DNA from: Octopus vulgaris
Taxonomy: Eukaryota
Direction: 5' to 3'
Length of the DNA stretch: 64,000 nucleotides
Assembly: GCA_951406725.2 (NCBI GenBank)
Contig: OX597815.1
Span: forward strand, 12,400,001-12,464,000
A model generated the notes under the pieces. The model ran no database searches. It was not told the origin of the DNA and was given only the letters and a program-made list of their open reading frames with translations. Position numbers and translations under genes: made by a program. Positions 39,054 through 52,990 of the stretch are shown piece after piece. Within the stretch, counting starts at the first letter, position 1; every line of letters starts with the position of its first letter.

Positions 39054-40164
39054 CAGAGAGACAGAGAGAGAAAATAAGTAGTTAACTTCCAGTCTGCTAC
39101 TTCGAAAATTACTCGAACATAGATCACAGAGAACTGGAACAATTACTCCGTGACATTGTATTTAACGCTAAAATCATTGCTAATGCCTCTCTTTTATTCG
39201 ATCTACTACCCAAGGAAATACGACTGCAATTTCTAACACTTCGATGCCTCCACATAGATGACCACTCATTGATTTGATTACATTGGTATTATGTTAGAAA
39301 ACGGACAAAATTGTGGGTCCTTGTATTTATTGCTTTTGAAGATATCTCAGATTCTCCTTTTTTCTCCCTCGAAACAATAAAATTTTGTCACGTAATACAA
39401 TTCTTATTTTATATTTTTTCACACATGGTATTATGTATGTATGTACATGCATAATATGTAGGTATGTATATGTATATGTATGTGCATGTGTTAGTGTGTG
39501 TGAGCGTAGCGTGTGTGATTCATTGATTGATTGGGTCGACAAAATGTAATAATATGTTCTTCGCTTATGCATGTGATACTATAAAGGACGGTATTGATAT
39601 CATAAATTACTTTCATCTGTGTTTCGCTTGTGATTATGTAAGAAATCAATATATTTCATTAATATCGGGCATAAAATATAAAAATATAAAATAACAATCA
39701 GGTGGCAGATTTTAATAATCACAGCAAATAATGGCGATGCATTACAAATGCACAGGTAGATAGATCCAGTCTGATGTCTGTTGAGAGGGAGAAAGAGAGA
39801 GGCAGAGAGAGAGAGAGACACGAAGAGGTAGAGAAGGAGAGAGAGAGAAATATAGACAGACAGAGAAAGAGACGGAGAGAGAGAAAGAGAGAGAGAGAGA
39901 GAGAACCAGAAACAAAGACGGAGATCATTTGATAAATAGAGACGGGTAGGGAAAATTTGCGTTCTAGCATTCATCTGAGTGTTTCTTCTGTTGAAGCTAA
40001 TCACATTCTTAATCAGAAATAGAGGACGTTAATGTTATTCTCTCATCGCTATACAACTCCAACAATACATTACCGTAGAAGAAAGGGAAACAAAGCTAAT
40101 TCACACACTAAAACAAAAATACAGAGCGTTACACAAATACTGGCAGAGAAACGCTCGTATATAA

Positions 40165-40211
40165 GTAGGCAGAGAAACGCACGTATATAAGTAGAAACGC
40201 ACGTATATAAG
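40165..40211. repeat. Short tandem repeat AGAAACGCACGTATATAAGT x3
   Basis: Three adjacent 20-26-bp units read directly. Confidence 0.7.
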
Positions 40212-40736
40212 TGTGTGTTTCCAGATGTGTATATATGTATAGCTGTGTATAACCCGTATATATATATATATATGAGTATTTTTACGTAAACTGCAGTATA
40301 TGCGGCAGTACGTGTTGGCCATGTTCTCTTTTTTCATTGGGCGGCATCTGTAATGGTTTATTGAGTAATACTTGCAAGTCGCTAGCACAATCCAAGTAGA
40401 TATTCTCTGTCGAATTGTAATTCTGAATATAGCTCGGGAACTTCTGGGGGAAAACACACAGAAATGGGTGGAATGAGTAACTCAGAACAGTGAATAAAAA
40501 GGTAAGGAGGTGAAGTAGTGGATGCGAATATATATATATATAGTATGGAGGTTTTGTTCGCAGGTGATCTAAACGATTAGGTACCCTACGTAGGTGCTGT
40601 AACGAATTACTAAAGCTCCAAGATTTGAGCCGAGGCGATAGTTATGGAGCCATTGAAGATTTCCCATACAGCTACTATGTAATTTTTAAAGAGAACAAAC
40701 GTTACAGCAAGGCAAACATCTCAAATCATATAGTTT

Positions 40737-40753
40737 GTTATTATTATTATTAC

Positions 40754-40811
<58 letters not shown>

Positions 40812-40995
40812 TTATTTTTATTTTCTTCTTCTTTCAAATTTGCTTATAGTATATATTGGTAGGCCATTAAACTAAACTCACTAGTTCGTTCTTTTTTTTT
40901 TTTTTTGATAGAAATAAAGTTAAATTAAAATACATGGGTAGTAATAGTTCTCACATCGACAATGCTCTTCTTCTTATTATAATTATTATTATTAC

Positions 40996-41047
<52 letters not shown>

Positions 41048-41053
41048 GTTATA

Positions 41054-41088
<35 letters not shown>

Positions 41089-41090
41089 CG

Positions 41091-41153
<63 letters not shown>
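40737..41153. repeat. (TTA)n and (TTA)n-(GTT)n-(TTA)n triplet microsatellites
   Basis: Read directly at 40737-40811 and 40975-41153. Confidence 0.95.
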
Positions 41154-41156
<3 letters not shown>

Positions 41157-41668
41157 GTTTGACTTTTGCTTTATGTCTGTACAAGTTGGCTCCAAGTCTC
41201 ACCCAGAGACCTCAAGAGACAACAGGTTGGAAGTTCTGTGCCATATATCTGGGGGTTTTTTTTGGTGTTGTACTAGTGAATGTCTAATACATAAAAATTT
41301 TTAAAAATATAAAAAAAAATTTTTTTAAATAATAAATAAATAAATAATAAAAAAGTTTGTTTTAAACCTTGGGATTACATAGAGAGTATTTTACGTAGGA
41401 TATGAGCAGTTCCCATGAGCACTATCTTTTGAATTTCTGCCATTTTGGGGTTTCCTGGTTGCTGAGTTAGGCAGCAATCAGTCTCTTTCGCTATTATTCC
41501 CAGGGCACCTATGACAACAGGTATTGTTTTAGTCTTCAGCTTTCACATTTTGCTGATTTCTATTTCAAGATCTTTATATTTGCTCAGTTTTTGGTAGGTC
41601 TTGACAGATACGTTTATATCGATTGGGACAGTCATATCAATGAGGAGGCATGTTCTTTGTCTGAAGTC
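41154..41668 (-). mobile_element. 5'-truncated R4/Dong-clade non-LTR retrotransposon in a (TAA)n tract
   Basis: 41668-41375 reads DFRQRTCLLIDMTVPIDINVSVKTYQKLSKYKDLEIEISKM*KLKTKTIPVVIGALGII...IQKIVLMGTAHILRKILSM* (REL endonuclease C-terminus); (TTA)n immediately on both sides. Confidence 0.92.
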
Positions 41669-41721
<53 letters not shown>

Positions 41722-41725
41722 GTTA

Positions 41726-41801
<76 letters not shown>

Positions 41802-42122
41802 AGGCAGCAACCAGAAACTAGTTTCAGAATACTGGTTGCTCGTTTTGTTGAGTGGAGCTGCTTATCTTCCCTATTTGAAAACTTAAGGACACAGAACGCT
41901 TGTGTCACGTATCCAACTAGAAACGGTGTTTCTTGCGGCTGATTAGCAGTAGCATTCTTCTCTTTCCTGAGACCGCTACATTAAGCTGGAAATAAACCAT
42001 CACTTCATCGTATAGCTACTGCATAGCACTCACTGAAAGATTTAGAAATGCAATATTTCTAATTATATATATATATACACACATATATATCTATATGTAT
42101 ATTTTTGTATGTGTGTGTGTAT

Positions 42123-42161
<39 letters not shown>

Positions 42162-42257
42162 CATATATATATATGTATATACGTACATACACACACACAA
42201 ACACGCACACACACATACACACACACACACACACGCACACACACATATATATATATA

Positions 42258-42402
42258 GGGAGAATTCACAAAAAAAAAAACAAGACGAAGAGAGATGGTG
42301 TAGACAACAAACTGATGTATTAGTTTAACGGTCGGGAAGTGAAAAAATGTTTAACGTTTTGAGCCTATGCTCTTTCACAGAAAGAAACATGGAGAGAAAA
42401 TA
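42258..42402 (-). mobile_element. Hammerhead-like short element related to H1 (degenerate core)
   Basis: rc CTTT-CTGTGAA-AGAGCATAGGCTC-AAAAC-GTT-AAAC...TTCCCGACCGTT...GTGAATTCTCCC then (TA)n. Confidence 0.6.
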
Positions 42403-42720
42403 AATAATGTGTAGGATGTATATATAAGAGTGTATATCTAAAAGGGGACGGTAAACGCAAACCACGAAAAAAATATTCTTAATTATAAAAGTAGATTACA
42501 TTATATGACTTTGATTGCGCAAGGGAACCACTGGTAATAAATTATTTAAATCTTTTGCCCTCATAATTTACATACACACATACACATATACATAGTTTCG
42601 TGCCTTAGCCCTTGCGAAAACTTGATAAAACACGAAACAGTCGACCCTTGAATTAGTCTCTTATGTTGCCAAATATCAACAATATGTGCGTGTGTGCGTG
42701 CTCGCATGTCTGTGTGTGTG

Positions 42721-43490
42721 TAAGGTGCGGTAAACTGTCGTCTAAATTACGCAAAAATGGAAATAACACTGAAATCTCTTTTTAAAAGTTATATTTACTA
42801 AAATTACATAAAAATGTCTTGAAATGCTAAAGAGTAAATTTATTCAACCACGGCCACCTCTTCTGGGCGGTCTCCTTATCTTAGTCAGTGAATGCTAATA
42901 TAATCGATGGCTTCAGCTCATCATTGGTGTTACAATTGGTTTCGTATGTCCCTCGCTCATCTGTGCTCCTCAGATAATCATCAAGGGGGTTGCAGACTGA
43001 GGAGCTAGGTGGACAGATTTTAGATGTGACAGCCATTACTGGGTTTCCCTGCTTGTGTGTCATGGTGCAGAGTCCTGTTACCAGACTTAGGGTCTTCCAG
43101 CAGCCAACGTCTTGAACAAGGGCAGCACCACCACCTCTATGTACATGATACAAGCCTCTGTATTGATAAGAGGCCGTGTGTGAAGATGAATGGAGGTACA
43201 ACATGGTCAGCAGTAGCGATCACTCCAAACACCTTGATGTTGACCGGATGTTTAATTTTTATCACTCTCAGCGCAATTTTCCCCCTTCCGGCACGAATGC
43301 CAAGGATTACTGCATGCTGGTTCCAGATTTCTGGCAAAATGAATTGCGTTATGATGCTGTTTTTCTCACATTTCGTGCCCCACTGATCCTCGGATACTGT
43401 GTAGTGAACAGAATATAAAAAACAAAAACCAACGCACATACGCGACATTAATAATATAAATTGGTGACAATTCACCCATCGCAACCTGTA
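42721..43490 (-). mobile_element. Tc1/mariner superfamily (maT/DD37D-like) internally deleted transposon
   Basis: Peptides IKHPVNIKVFGVIATADHVVPPFIF, AAGRP*VW*QDSAP*HTSRETQ*WL, ICPPSSSVCNPLDDY, NTNDELK; decayed TIRs TACAGGTTGCGATGGGTGAATTGTCAC (rc, 43490) / TAAGGTGCGGTAAACTGTCGTC (42721). Confidence 0.85.
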
Positions 43491-44355
43491 TACATATGCG
43501 TTTGTGTGTGTGCGCGCGTGTATATATATTGTACTCAAATATGTACATGCTTACATGAAATGCAATATCAATTACTAATTTGCTTAGTATATCCAATCTA
43601 AAATATTGCATCTTGCCTATAAGTTATTACTTTCGTAACGCATATCTAAAAAGGTAATCCAAATCGACAAGATACGTTGACTCAATTTATGAATTAATGC
43701 AAATATTAATCAGATGTCAAGACAAGGTTGAGAATTGAAAGAACGTGGAGAGAAATATTAACTACTGAACAGAGAGTTAGAGAGAAGAAACGGAGGGAAG
43801 GAAAGAAAACGAATAAAAGAAATAGTAGCATGGGTGAGAATCGAAATTCCTGCATCGTATGTATGCAGTTTAGGTCCCTTCCTATGGTCACTTGAGCAAT
43901 TGTAGGTAACCTTATAACCACAAAACCGTAGTCAACGTGATTTTTATAAGTAAAATAAGTAGACGGCCGTAACCAGTAATGAGAATGTTCTGTTTGCTAT
44001 GTCACTCTACATCCGCTTGAAAATTACATCAATGATGTGTTTGTGATTGTCTGTATATATGCGTGTGTTTGTGCTTGTGTATGTGTGTGTATGTGTCTGT
44101 TTGTGTGTCATCTGCAGTCACGTCTCAAACTAATCGAGCAGCCGTTAAAATTTTGTATCTTCTCCGAAGGCGGTCTTTATACTTTGCAGCTAATCATAAA
44201 TCATCGATGAATTGAACTAACTTTATTCACAATCATTTAAAATTAATAATATAATATTATAAACGTTAAATGATTAAACGAACTGCATCACTTTCGTTAC
44301 CTCTATTCTGGCCAGAGGCTGCTAAAATATAAATGCATTTTCCATGATGACTTCA

Positions 44356-44400
44356 GGTGCCCCAGCATGGCCACAGCCTTTGGGCTGAGGCACATAAAAC
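44356..44400 (+). mobile_element. Isolated CR1/SINE-A-type 3' tail
   Basis: GGTGCCCCAGCATGGCCACAGCCTTTGGGCTGA matches the shared tail with a variant hairpin. Confidence 0.6.
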
Positions 44401-45543
44401 AATATGTACGAGATTTAAACTACTTCATTCTTATCAAGAGTGATTTAATTCATTTCTTTATGACACACAAGATCCATTTCATTCACTTATTTACATCAAA
44501 CCATTTTTCTGTACAATTCTCCTCTCAGCAATATCTAAAGATAACTTAAATGTGAGGGTATATATATATATATTTGCAATTTAATTTTTAATGGAATACA
44601 TTCTGATTACTTGAAACGTTTAAGTACAATCCGTTTATTCCTTATTATGATGACTAATGCATTTATATATCTGTTTGTTAAATTTTCATTTCTCTTTCTA
44701 AAATGCAAGAACTAGAGTTTCATAACTATCAACCGATATCTAAGTCGTTATAAACCTCGAGAAACGTATAAGGTTTTGAATGCTTAAGAACAGAATTACT
44801 TTGACTGAAATTAATGAAATGCATAAAAAAATTATTATAATTCAGAATGTATCGATGTATTACTCAGGTATCTTATTTGTCTCATCTAGAAAGAAAGACT
44901 GTCTTGTACTAAAAAAAATTGACCTTTATAATATCTATATATATATATACATACATTGTATTAACTTGTACATCAATTTATATTGCTAAAGAACTTGAAG
45001 TTATAAATTTGAAGCCGTCTTACACAAGCTCCCCCCCCACACACACACACACATATATGTAGCTCTCATTTTCTCTCTCTCATGATGGCAAAAGCCTTCT
45101 CATCCTTTGAAAATTGATATTAGCTGCAGATATCATGAGAAATGGTTCAAACTTCGAAGATTGCACACAAAACTTAAATTAGAGCTTGATTCTTTGAACT
45201 GCTGCTTGCAACAGATTTCCGATTCATTTCGAAAGATAAATTCAGCAATTAAAAGAACGAGTTCTTTAATTATGAAATGCAGTGGCAAATTTGGTGTGTC
45301 ATTCACCTCTGACTAAAACCGAATTATTGCATTAACCTATTCTAAAATGTGTCTCACCTGGAGTAAATATACGTGGAACAGAGCTGAAAAATTTAAACTG
45401 TTCTGAATATCTTGGAGCTGCAATCTTCAAATAACTGTGAAATTATTCACTGGCGGATGTGATAGAAAGTGCTGTTGAGAGAGAACTACAACACACAGTA
45501 AGAACAATCCTAGTTTTCATATATATATATATATATATATATA

Positions 45544-45592
<49 letters not shown>

Positions 45593-45657
45593 CAAACATT
45601 AAGTTTATAATGCAGCTTTCCTTCTGGGTCTGATCCCGAGTGCCGAAACCCCTTATC

Positions 45658-45767
45658 TGAATACCATATTTCTGGATAAGGTGCATTTTGAAGTGTCTTT
45701 ACAATTGGAAATGAAAGGCGTAAATTATCGAGACAGAATTAGTCAGGTGTGCGACTCCATTGTATAT
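45658..45767. repeat. ~110-bp repeat, copy 1 (copy 2 at 46449-46560)
   Basis: TGAATACCATATTTCTGGA...CAATTGGAAAT...GTAAATTATCGA...GCGACTCCATTGTATAT occurs in both. Confidence 0.85.
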
Positions 45768-46184
45768 TTTCCTAAGCTCAGCAAAATCCTACTGCAAGAC
45801 AACGTCCTGACTATTTATACGTAATGTTAAACGCTTGCAAATGCGGCGTAGGGAAATTTTGGCGTAAATCGTAGGATCTACAATGATGCGCTGAATTTAA
45901 ACGTAATGTACTGAATAGTCAACACATATACTTGGCGGCATCTCGCTGGATCGTTGTGAAGTAATTTGAGATAACACTGGGATTAATGCATTTCCGTAAT
46001 TGCGAATGTCTAGAGCAGATGCTCAAAGAGAAACTCGTAAATTATGCAAAATGAAACCAATTTTGACTGAACTTCATTGTGTAGTCAGTGACTAATAATT
46101 CTATGACAAAACAGCACTACTCTGCGGTAGCACAATGCATACATTAACACACGCACACACACACACATATATATATGGTCTTTA

Positions 46185-46392
46185 AAAATGTGACCTCGTG
46201 TGTACCGTTTGCGATTTTTTTCCCTCTGTCTTCCCTTCTCTGGATCTTTCCTTCTCCTATGTTTCCGACGAAGAGCTCCGCTCGAAACAGTAAACCCTCC
46301 TTCTTTCCTTCTTTCCTGAGCGTCCAATAATACTATATTTGTTCCACGTCCTCGTGTTGTTGTGTTATTTTTGTGCTTTCTTGTTTGGATTA

Positions 46393-46395
<3 letters not shown>
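46185..46395 (+). mobile_element. Hammerhead-bearing short element, family H1
   Basis: 46261-46295 GTTT-CCGACGA-A-GAGC-TCC-GCTC-GAAAC-AGT-AAAC; ends TGTTTGGATTAACTA then (TA)n. Confidence 0.82.
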
Positions 46396-46450
<55 letters not shown>

Positions 46451-46574
46451 AATACCATATTTCTGGAGAAATTGCATTTTTAAGTGACTTTCCAATTGGA
46501 AATAAAAAGTGTAAATTATCGACATATAGAATTAGTGAGGTATGCGACTCCATTGTATATACGTAAATAAGGTA

Positions 46575-46620
<46 letters not shown>

Positions 46621-47280
46621 CGCTGTGTTCTTTATTTCTTTATTTCTGTGTTTTTATTTTCGCTACCCTCTTCCTGTCATTTGCTTTCCCTCGATTATGC
46701 GTTTTGTAAATCCATTTATTTCTTAATTCAACTAAATCTTTATTTACGTACTCATCAAATTTACAGCCGGAATATACCGGACAAGTATGTAAATATGTTT
46801 ATACTTATGTGAGCGCTTATATAGATACACACATATATATAATTAATTATGGTTATGCATATATACAGGGTGCGTATGGCATTTGAGGACATACCTTTCT
46901 GGGGCATTGCTGCATGCTTTGCTAAATCTGTATAATTTTTGTTTCAGACTCTCAGCTTACTGAAGAGATAAAGACGCATGATGTTATTGTTCTTATAAAG
47001 GATGAGCATAGCGATTTAGAAATATTTCGACTTTTAAAGTCACCAGATCTTTCTTCTACAAAGTTTGTAAGTAGCTAGAGCCTGAGGATGGAAATATATC
47101 ACCAGTATCAAAGAATAAAAAAGCATTCTAAACGCTCTGAAATCATCAGAACACCTGAGGTTTTCTAGCAAGTTCAACAGACCATTGATTACAATCCCAG
47201 AAAATATCCACGTGGTCAATTGCAAAATATCTCTATGTCTCAGAAGGAACAGTCAGAAATTGCGTCCTCGACGATATCAG

Positions 47281-47386
<106 letters not shown>

Positions 47387-47404
47387 CGTATGTATATACG
47401 AATA

Positions 47405-47525
47405 GAGGAATACAAACAGTGTTGAACATGGCAGAGAAAGATAAGCAGAGAATACGTATCAAATTCTGCCAAAACTTTACCGATACATGCCCAAAGCTCG
47501 ACGCAAGCTTTTCAAAAAGTTTTCA
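47405..47525 (+). mobile_element. mariner transposase N-terminal fragment
   Basis: ATG at ~47428: [16 protein letters not shown] (EQRxxIKFC mariner N-terminal motif). Confidence 0.6.
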
Positions 47526-47579
47526 ACGTCCTAAACGCAATGAAGGAGATTTATGCAAATGAAACTCGAGTATCATTTT

Positions 47580-48122
47580 AGGTAGGTGAAAGCAGTCTTG
47601 GCACAAACATGGCAGACAAGTGTCTGATACCCAAGCCTTCAACGAACTGAACCGTAACTAATCTGCACATCCTCTGATAACTCACGGATGATAATTCAGC
47701 GATTGTTCTTCACAGCTGCACGAATATCTGCGATGTTTATCTCATTTCTGTTGGTTGCAAGTCTCTCAGGATGTTCGTCAATATCAACATTTTATCGGCC
47801 ATCTTGGAAACTTCTGAACCACTCGTACACTTGTATACAGCTCATACACTCCTCTTGATATATTTTCTGGAACACAACTTTGCGCATGTTTCTGAGCAGA
47901 TATCGTCGTAACAACTTTCTCATGGTGAATGCGACGATCACATGCTGCAAACCTTCCCTCTGAGCAATATTGTAAGCGACAGAAGTAAGCTACAGCTTCA
48001 AAACGTGATGCACATGCCAGGCACAGCAGAGTTCAAGGTCAATCGTTGCCAAGCTGCTTCACCCTGCATGCTTTAGGTTCGTTTCTATGCCAACAGACAG
48101 ATACTTACTGATCAGACCTAGT
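47580..48122 (-). mobile_element. mariner-like transposon 5' part (TIR plus HTH region), decayed
   Basis: rc TIR-like GGTCTGATCAGTAAGTATC; peptides QKIYQEECMSCIQVYEWFRSFQDGR*NVDIDEHPER, IIIRELSEDVQISYGSV, SAMFVPRLLS (WVPxxL-like). Confidence 0.85.
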
Positions 48123-48128
48123 ATATAC

Positions 48129-48159
<31 letters not shown>

Positions 48160-48242
48160 TGTATGTATGTATGTATGTATGTATGTATGGATGGATGTAT
48201 ATGTATATGTATATGTATGTATGCATGTATGTATGTATGTAA

Positions 48243-48298
<56 letters not shown>

Positions 48299-48435
48299 GT
48301 TATGAGACGTACTGGTGTCAGTAAGACACAAAGGTGTCAGGTAATGCTGAGTAAGAGCCATGAACCACTATAGTCAAGCTACAGGTTCGGTGATTATGCG
48401 AATGAGGGGTCCAACATGTGTGTGTGTGTATATAT

Positions 48436-48475
<40 letters not shown>

Positions 48476-49142
48476 CGAGAGAGAGAGGTCGATAGATAGA
48501 TGTGTATATTTATATATATATATATACTGATGTATCGACTGTAGCGAAGGTAAAGTATTTGCGAGTAAATGAACGTGGCAGTGACCTTGTATGTCATGGA
48601 AACTTTTGAATATATAATGAATTGATATCTGTCTCTGTCCTGCTAACAATATCTTAACCTCATAGTCCATTAACAGGCACTGATAAGCTGTTCTGTACCT
48701 TCATGGTTTTTTTATAACAAAATTGAAATCAACTTGCTCGACTATATTGCTCGAGAAACTATTGATATGTTTAAAATTTCATCAACATCGTCCTGGAAAT
48801 CTTGTTTATTTTCCTTCCAAATATATTCCATTTTTTTTTGCTGTTGTTTGTTTTTTGTACTTCAGTGTAACGAAAAGAAAAGTAAGGCCGAAATATGACT
48901 GAAATAACTAATGTCTATTTCCTTCCTTAACTTATTCTGAAATGCAAGCTACGTTATTTTTTTTTTCTTCTTTAAAACAACCGGAATGACTAGGTTACTG
49001 AACTTTTCATTCGAATGCATACAAAATAATAAAAGGTCGTCTTATGCAATCAGCAAAATGTGCAAAAAAAAAAAAAACAACTAACAAAGCATTACAGGAA
49101 ATAAAGAATTACTATCTTCAGCCACGATAGGTAAAACTAGAA

Positions 49143-49167
49143 AGTAGTAGCAGCAGCAGCGGCATTT

Positions 49168-49233
<66 letters not shown>

Positions 49234-49327
49234 ATTGTTGTTATTGCTGTTACAGTAATAATAATAATAATAATAATAATGTTAAAAATAATAATAATAC
49301 TGTTAAAAATAATAATACTGTTAAAAC

Positions 49328-49388
<61 letters not shown>
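49143..49388. repeat. Compound triplet microsatellite (GCA)/(GTA)n/(AAT)n
   Basis: Read directly. Confidence 0.95.
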
Positions 49389-50096
49389 CGGCCAGGCTTA
49401 AAACGAACTTTTATGATGCTTTTTAATGGACGATAAAAGCCAATAAAATGTTGAAGGTATTTACACGAAAGAAAATGTCAAGATATTTCATTAAAGCTTT
49501 AGTATTTCTTTAAAAAAAGGCATAAACCAAACTGCAGTTTTTCACATGCAAAATAATGTCGATATTAATAATATTATTAATACTCACACTTAAATAATAA
49601 TAAAAAAAACGATAATCAGCAAGAAAAAATATAGAAGGAGAAACATAGGAGAAAGAATAAGATGAAGAAAGCTGGTCTGGGGTTGTATACGAGATGCTTT
49701 TATATATATTCGAGATGCAGCATTTGCCATGAAATAAATGAGTGTCTAGGTTTGCTTCTGAGATTTTGTTTTTTCATTAATCGTTACATTTGTAAGACAT
49801 TTTTGCTTGAAAATAAAAACACGCAAAGACAAATGGAAATTGAAAATAAAACAAAACGAGTTATTTTTGAAATAGGTTTTAAAAACTCAAAAGAAACAGA
49901 ATTTATCCATTAAAAGCATGATTCCATGTCCTTGGAAAAAAGAACACGAGAATATTCTTATCAATAATATATTGATTCCGTTGATCATAATGGTATGAAG
50001 TTCACTTCAATATTTTGAAACTGTTTTGCGTTTTCATGGCGGTTTTACGATTGTAACATTATAGACACACATACTTACACACACGTACACACACGT

Positions 50097-50127
<31 letters not shown>

Positions 50128-51045
50128 CACACACACACAAACCACATACAGATAAACAAAATGCCTACGTGTCGTCTCATATCAACTTTCCAGCATAGAA
50201 TACGTATGTATATATAACACACATACATACATAAATACATGCATGTACACACACACATGTACATATCTTCTCATGTGTATGTGTTTGTATGTATATATGC
50301 ATTAGAGTGTGCTGTGTAAAGTCGATATGTGCTCTAGTTGTTTTCTTTGACGTCTCATCAATAACAACTTGTTGATAATGTAAATATTTATTAGCATGTT
50401 CAGAGGAATGATATAAGCAGTGAAATACGATTCGTTTGAAGTAGTTAAAATAGATTGATACGATATCCAATAGTAACTATAAAGAAGCAATTATATTGTT
50501 GTTGATTCATTCTAACCATAAAATGTTTAAACAAATGTGTGTCTAAAAACGGATTCGTTCTTGATATTTACATCCTGATGCCAGGATTCAGGCTAACGTG
50601 TCACCGTAGAATGGGCCAGATGATTGGTGGACTGTACTGTTTTCGTTAAAGTTTGGTGTGTATAAACCATTATGTGCAGGGCAAATTTTGTATATGTGTT
50701 CTTTGGAGTGTAGCAGCAGCAGCAAGAGCAATTTATTGAGAAGTAGGCAGATTACGCTCGTCGGGTAAGGCTCTTTCTGAACTGAAGTGTATGCAAGCGT
50801 CAATTTACCTATACATGCTTGCATTTTCATTTATTTCATCTCCACAAAGGACCTTGTCAATCAACTCGAAAAGTTATCCAATAAGGTATGAACAGTTCGC
50901 TTACATTTTCTGAGCAATTGCAGAAAAATATCTGCAAGAACGTAAATCTACTTCAATACAAGATTGGTCAAATTGATGCGTGGAGTTAGAATAAATATAT
51001 TTTTCATGATAATCTAAGTCATAAGTAGCACTTTACTCATTATAT

Positions 51046-51257
51046 TACCTTCAAGTTTTGACACAACGCCAGCAATTTCAGGGGAGCTTGTAAGTCGATT
51101 ATATCGACTCCCTATGTTCAACTGGTATTTATTATATGGGCCCCGAAAGGATGAAAGACAAAGTCGAAACCTGCGGCATTTGGACTCAGAACATAGGGAG
51201 AGAAGAAATGCCGCTAAGCATTTTTCCGCGTTCTAACCATTCTGCCACCTCGCCGCC
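51046..51257 (-). mobile_element. SINE family B with 13-bp TSD
   Basis: Core CCCCGAAAGGATGAAAGACAAAGTCG; TSD TTACTCATTATAT (51033-51045) / TTATTCATTATAT (51263-51275). Confidence 0.85.
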
Positions 51258-52780
51258 ATATATTATTCATTATATCGGCGTGGTGAAAATGTGCTGACGT
51301 CGAACTAATGATGTATTGATTATCCAGTTTAAATATATATTCTTTGGACAGTATTTCACTGAAAATAATCAGTTATAAACATTCTGCATACATTCCAACA
51401 AAAGTGATTGATTTCACAGTGACTTAAAATCTCAACATAATGTATATATGTTTTTGAAAGTAGACGAAGACGCGCCCTAACTTTCAGCAACTCTATCAAT
51501 ACCTATAGTAGTGAATGACTCTTTTTAAGTCACCCGTACATCAGCTTGCAGTAGCAAAAATATTTCCCTCAGAAGATGCACTGTTTTCTGGTAAATTGAC
51601 GTAATATGCAATGGATATATTTTGTGATATTCTATGAATTAAGCATAACCATTGAATTGCCTTTCAATTAAATTTAATTGTTCTTCTAATATACAACATA
51701 CCATTAACATATGTATATTTGGGTGTTTGTATGACTGTATAGTCTTCATCTACATAAAACGCATTTATCGTTCTGTTTATTTTCCTATCTGATTCTCAGA
51801 AGGCTACGCGGCAGATATAAAAAGTAAGAATAGCTTCGGATCTAGTGTAAAGATTTTGACATGCGTGTGAATTAATTACAACTATTAATTCTCTTAAATT
51901 CTCTGAAAAGATTCCAACAGTTGATTTACGTTTATTGTGAATATTCACCGGCGGATGGGACGAAATGAGGAGCTGTATGTTGGAGGTTAGCGCAATTGGC
52001 CTGTAAAACTAGAATGGACAGAGAGAACTAGTAGGGACTTCGTCAGTTTTTAGAATCTGGTATGGTCGCACTATCGCTTCAAGAATTCAGTATTTCTTAG
52101 GACTTGCTAAAGAATAAAGCACATATGTTCCACGGAGAAGTTATATTTTTTTATGTATAAGATACAGAACTATTTCTATTGTGTGTATGTGGTACTTATG
52201 CGAGATTAAACGGAATATCCACTTAGATTTTGTTGTAACGTAATTTGTTATGTACAATAATTAGGATAACCAGACAGTAAAAACAGGTACAAAACAATGT
52301 AACGAAGAAACAATTCTCTTCCCGAAGTAACATTCAATATTCTTTGTGATCTAACCAACTGACGCCTTCCGACTCAACTGCGAACTAACACGAACTTCCC
52401 TCGACACCGAGCTCTGCACTCATTCGGGTCGTAACTCTCATTACAATAGTTTTCTAAACTGCTCAAAGTTTCTGATTGTGTAAGTGTACAGGAAATGAGA
52501 GTGCAACATACAAGCACGTGTCTTTGATATACATATTGATTACTATTGGAATCTTTTAATGCTTTGTGAATCATTATGCACTGAATACGCACAAGCATCA
52601 TACATTGAACACATATACGCATACACGCATATAAGGATACGGCTATGTTTGTAGATGCAAGAAAAGGCCATATTTAAAAGATAACATTATCAAAATAAAA
52701 CTTAACTCCTTAAAACACGTAATTTTAAATGCCTAAACTGTAGGCTATTAAACATATTTTTTATTACTTAAATAACATGA

Positions 52781-52990
52781 AAGGCAGCGACCTGCCTTGT
52801 ATTATACATCGGACAAATTGCGTAGCGCCACTTCGTCCGTTTTTACGTTGAGGCCATATTTGATCGTGTCCGACTTTGCTGTTCATACTTGCATGGTCGA
52901 CAAAACAAGTATCTACTGAGCACTGGGACTGGTGTAATCGACAAACCACTTACCCGAAATTGCTGGTCTTGTGCCGAAATTTGAAACCAT
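52781..52990 (+). mobile_element. Diverged SINE family B
   Basis: AAGGCAGCGACCTG head, GTCCGACTTTGCTGTTCAT..GGTCGACAAAACAAGTA core, TTGCTGGTCTTGTGCCGAAATTTGAAACCA tail. Confidence 0.7.
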
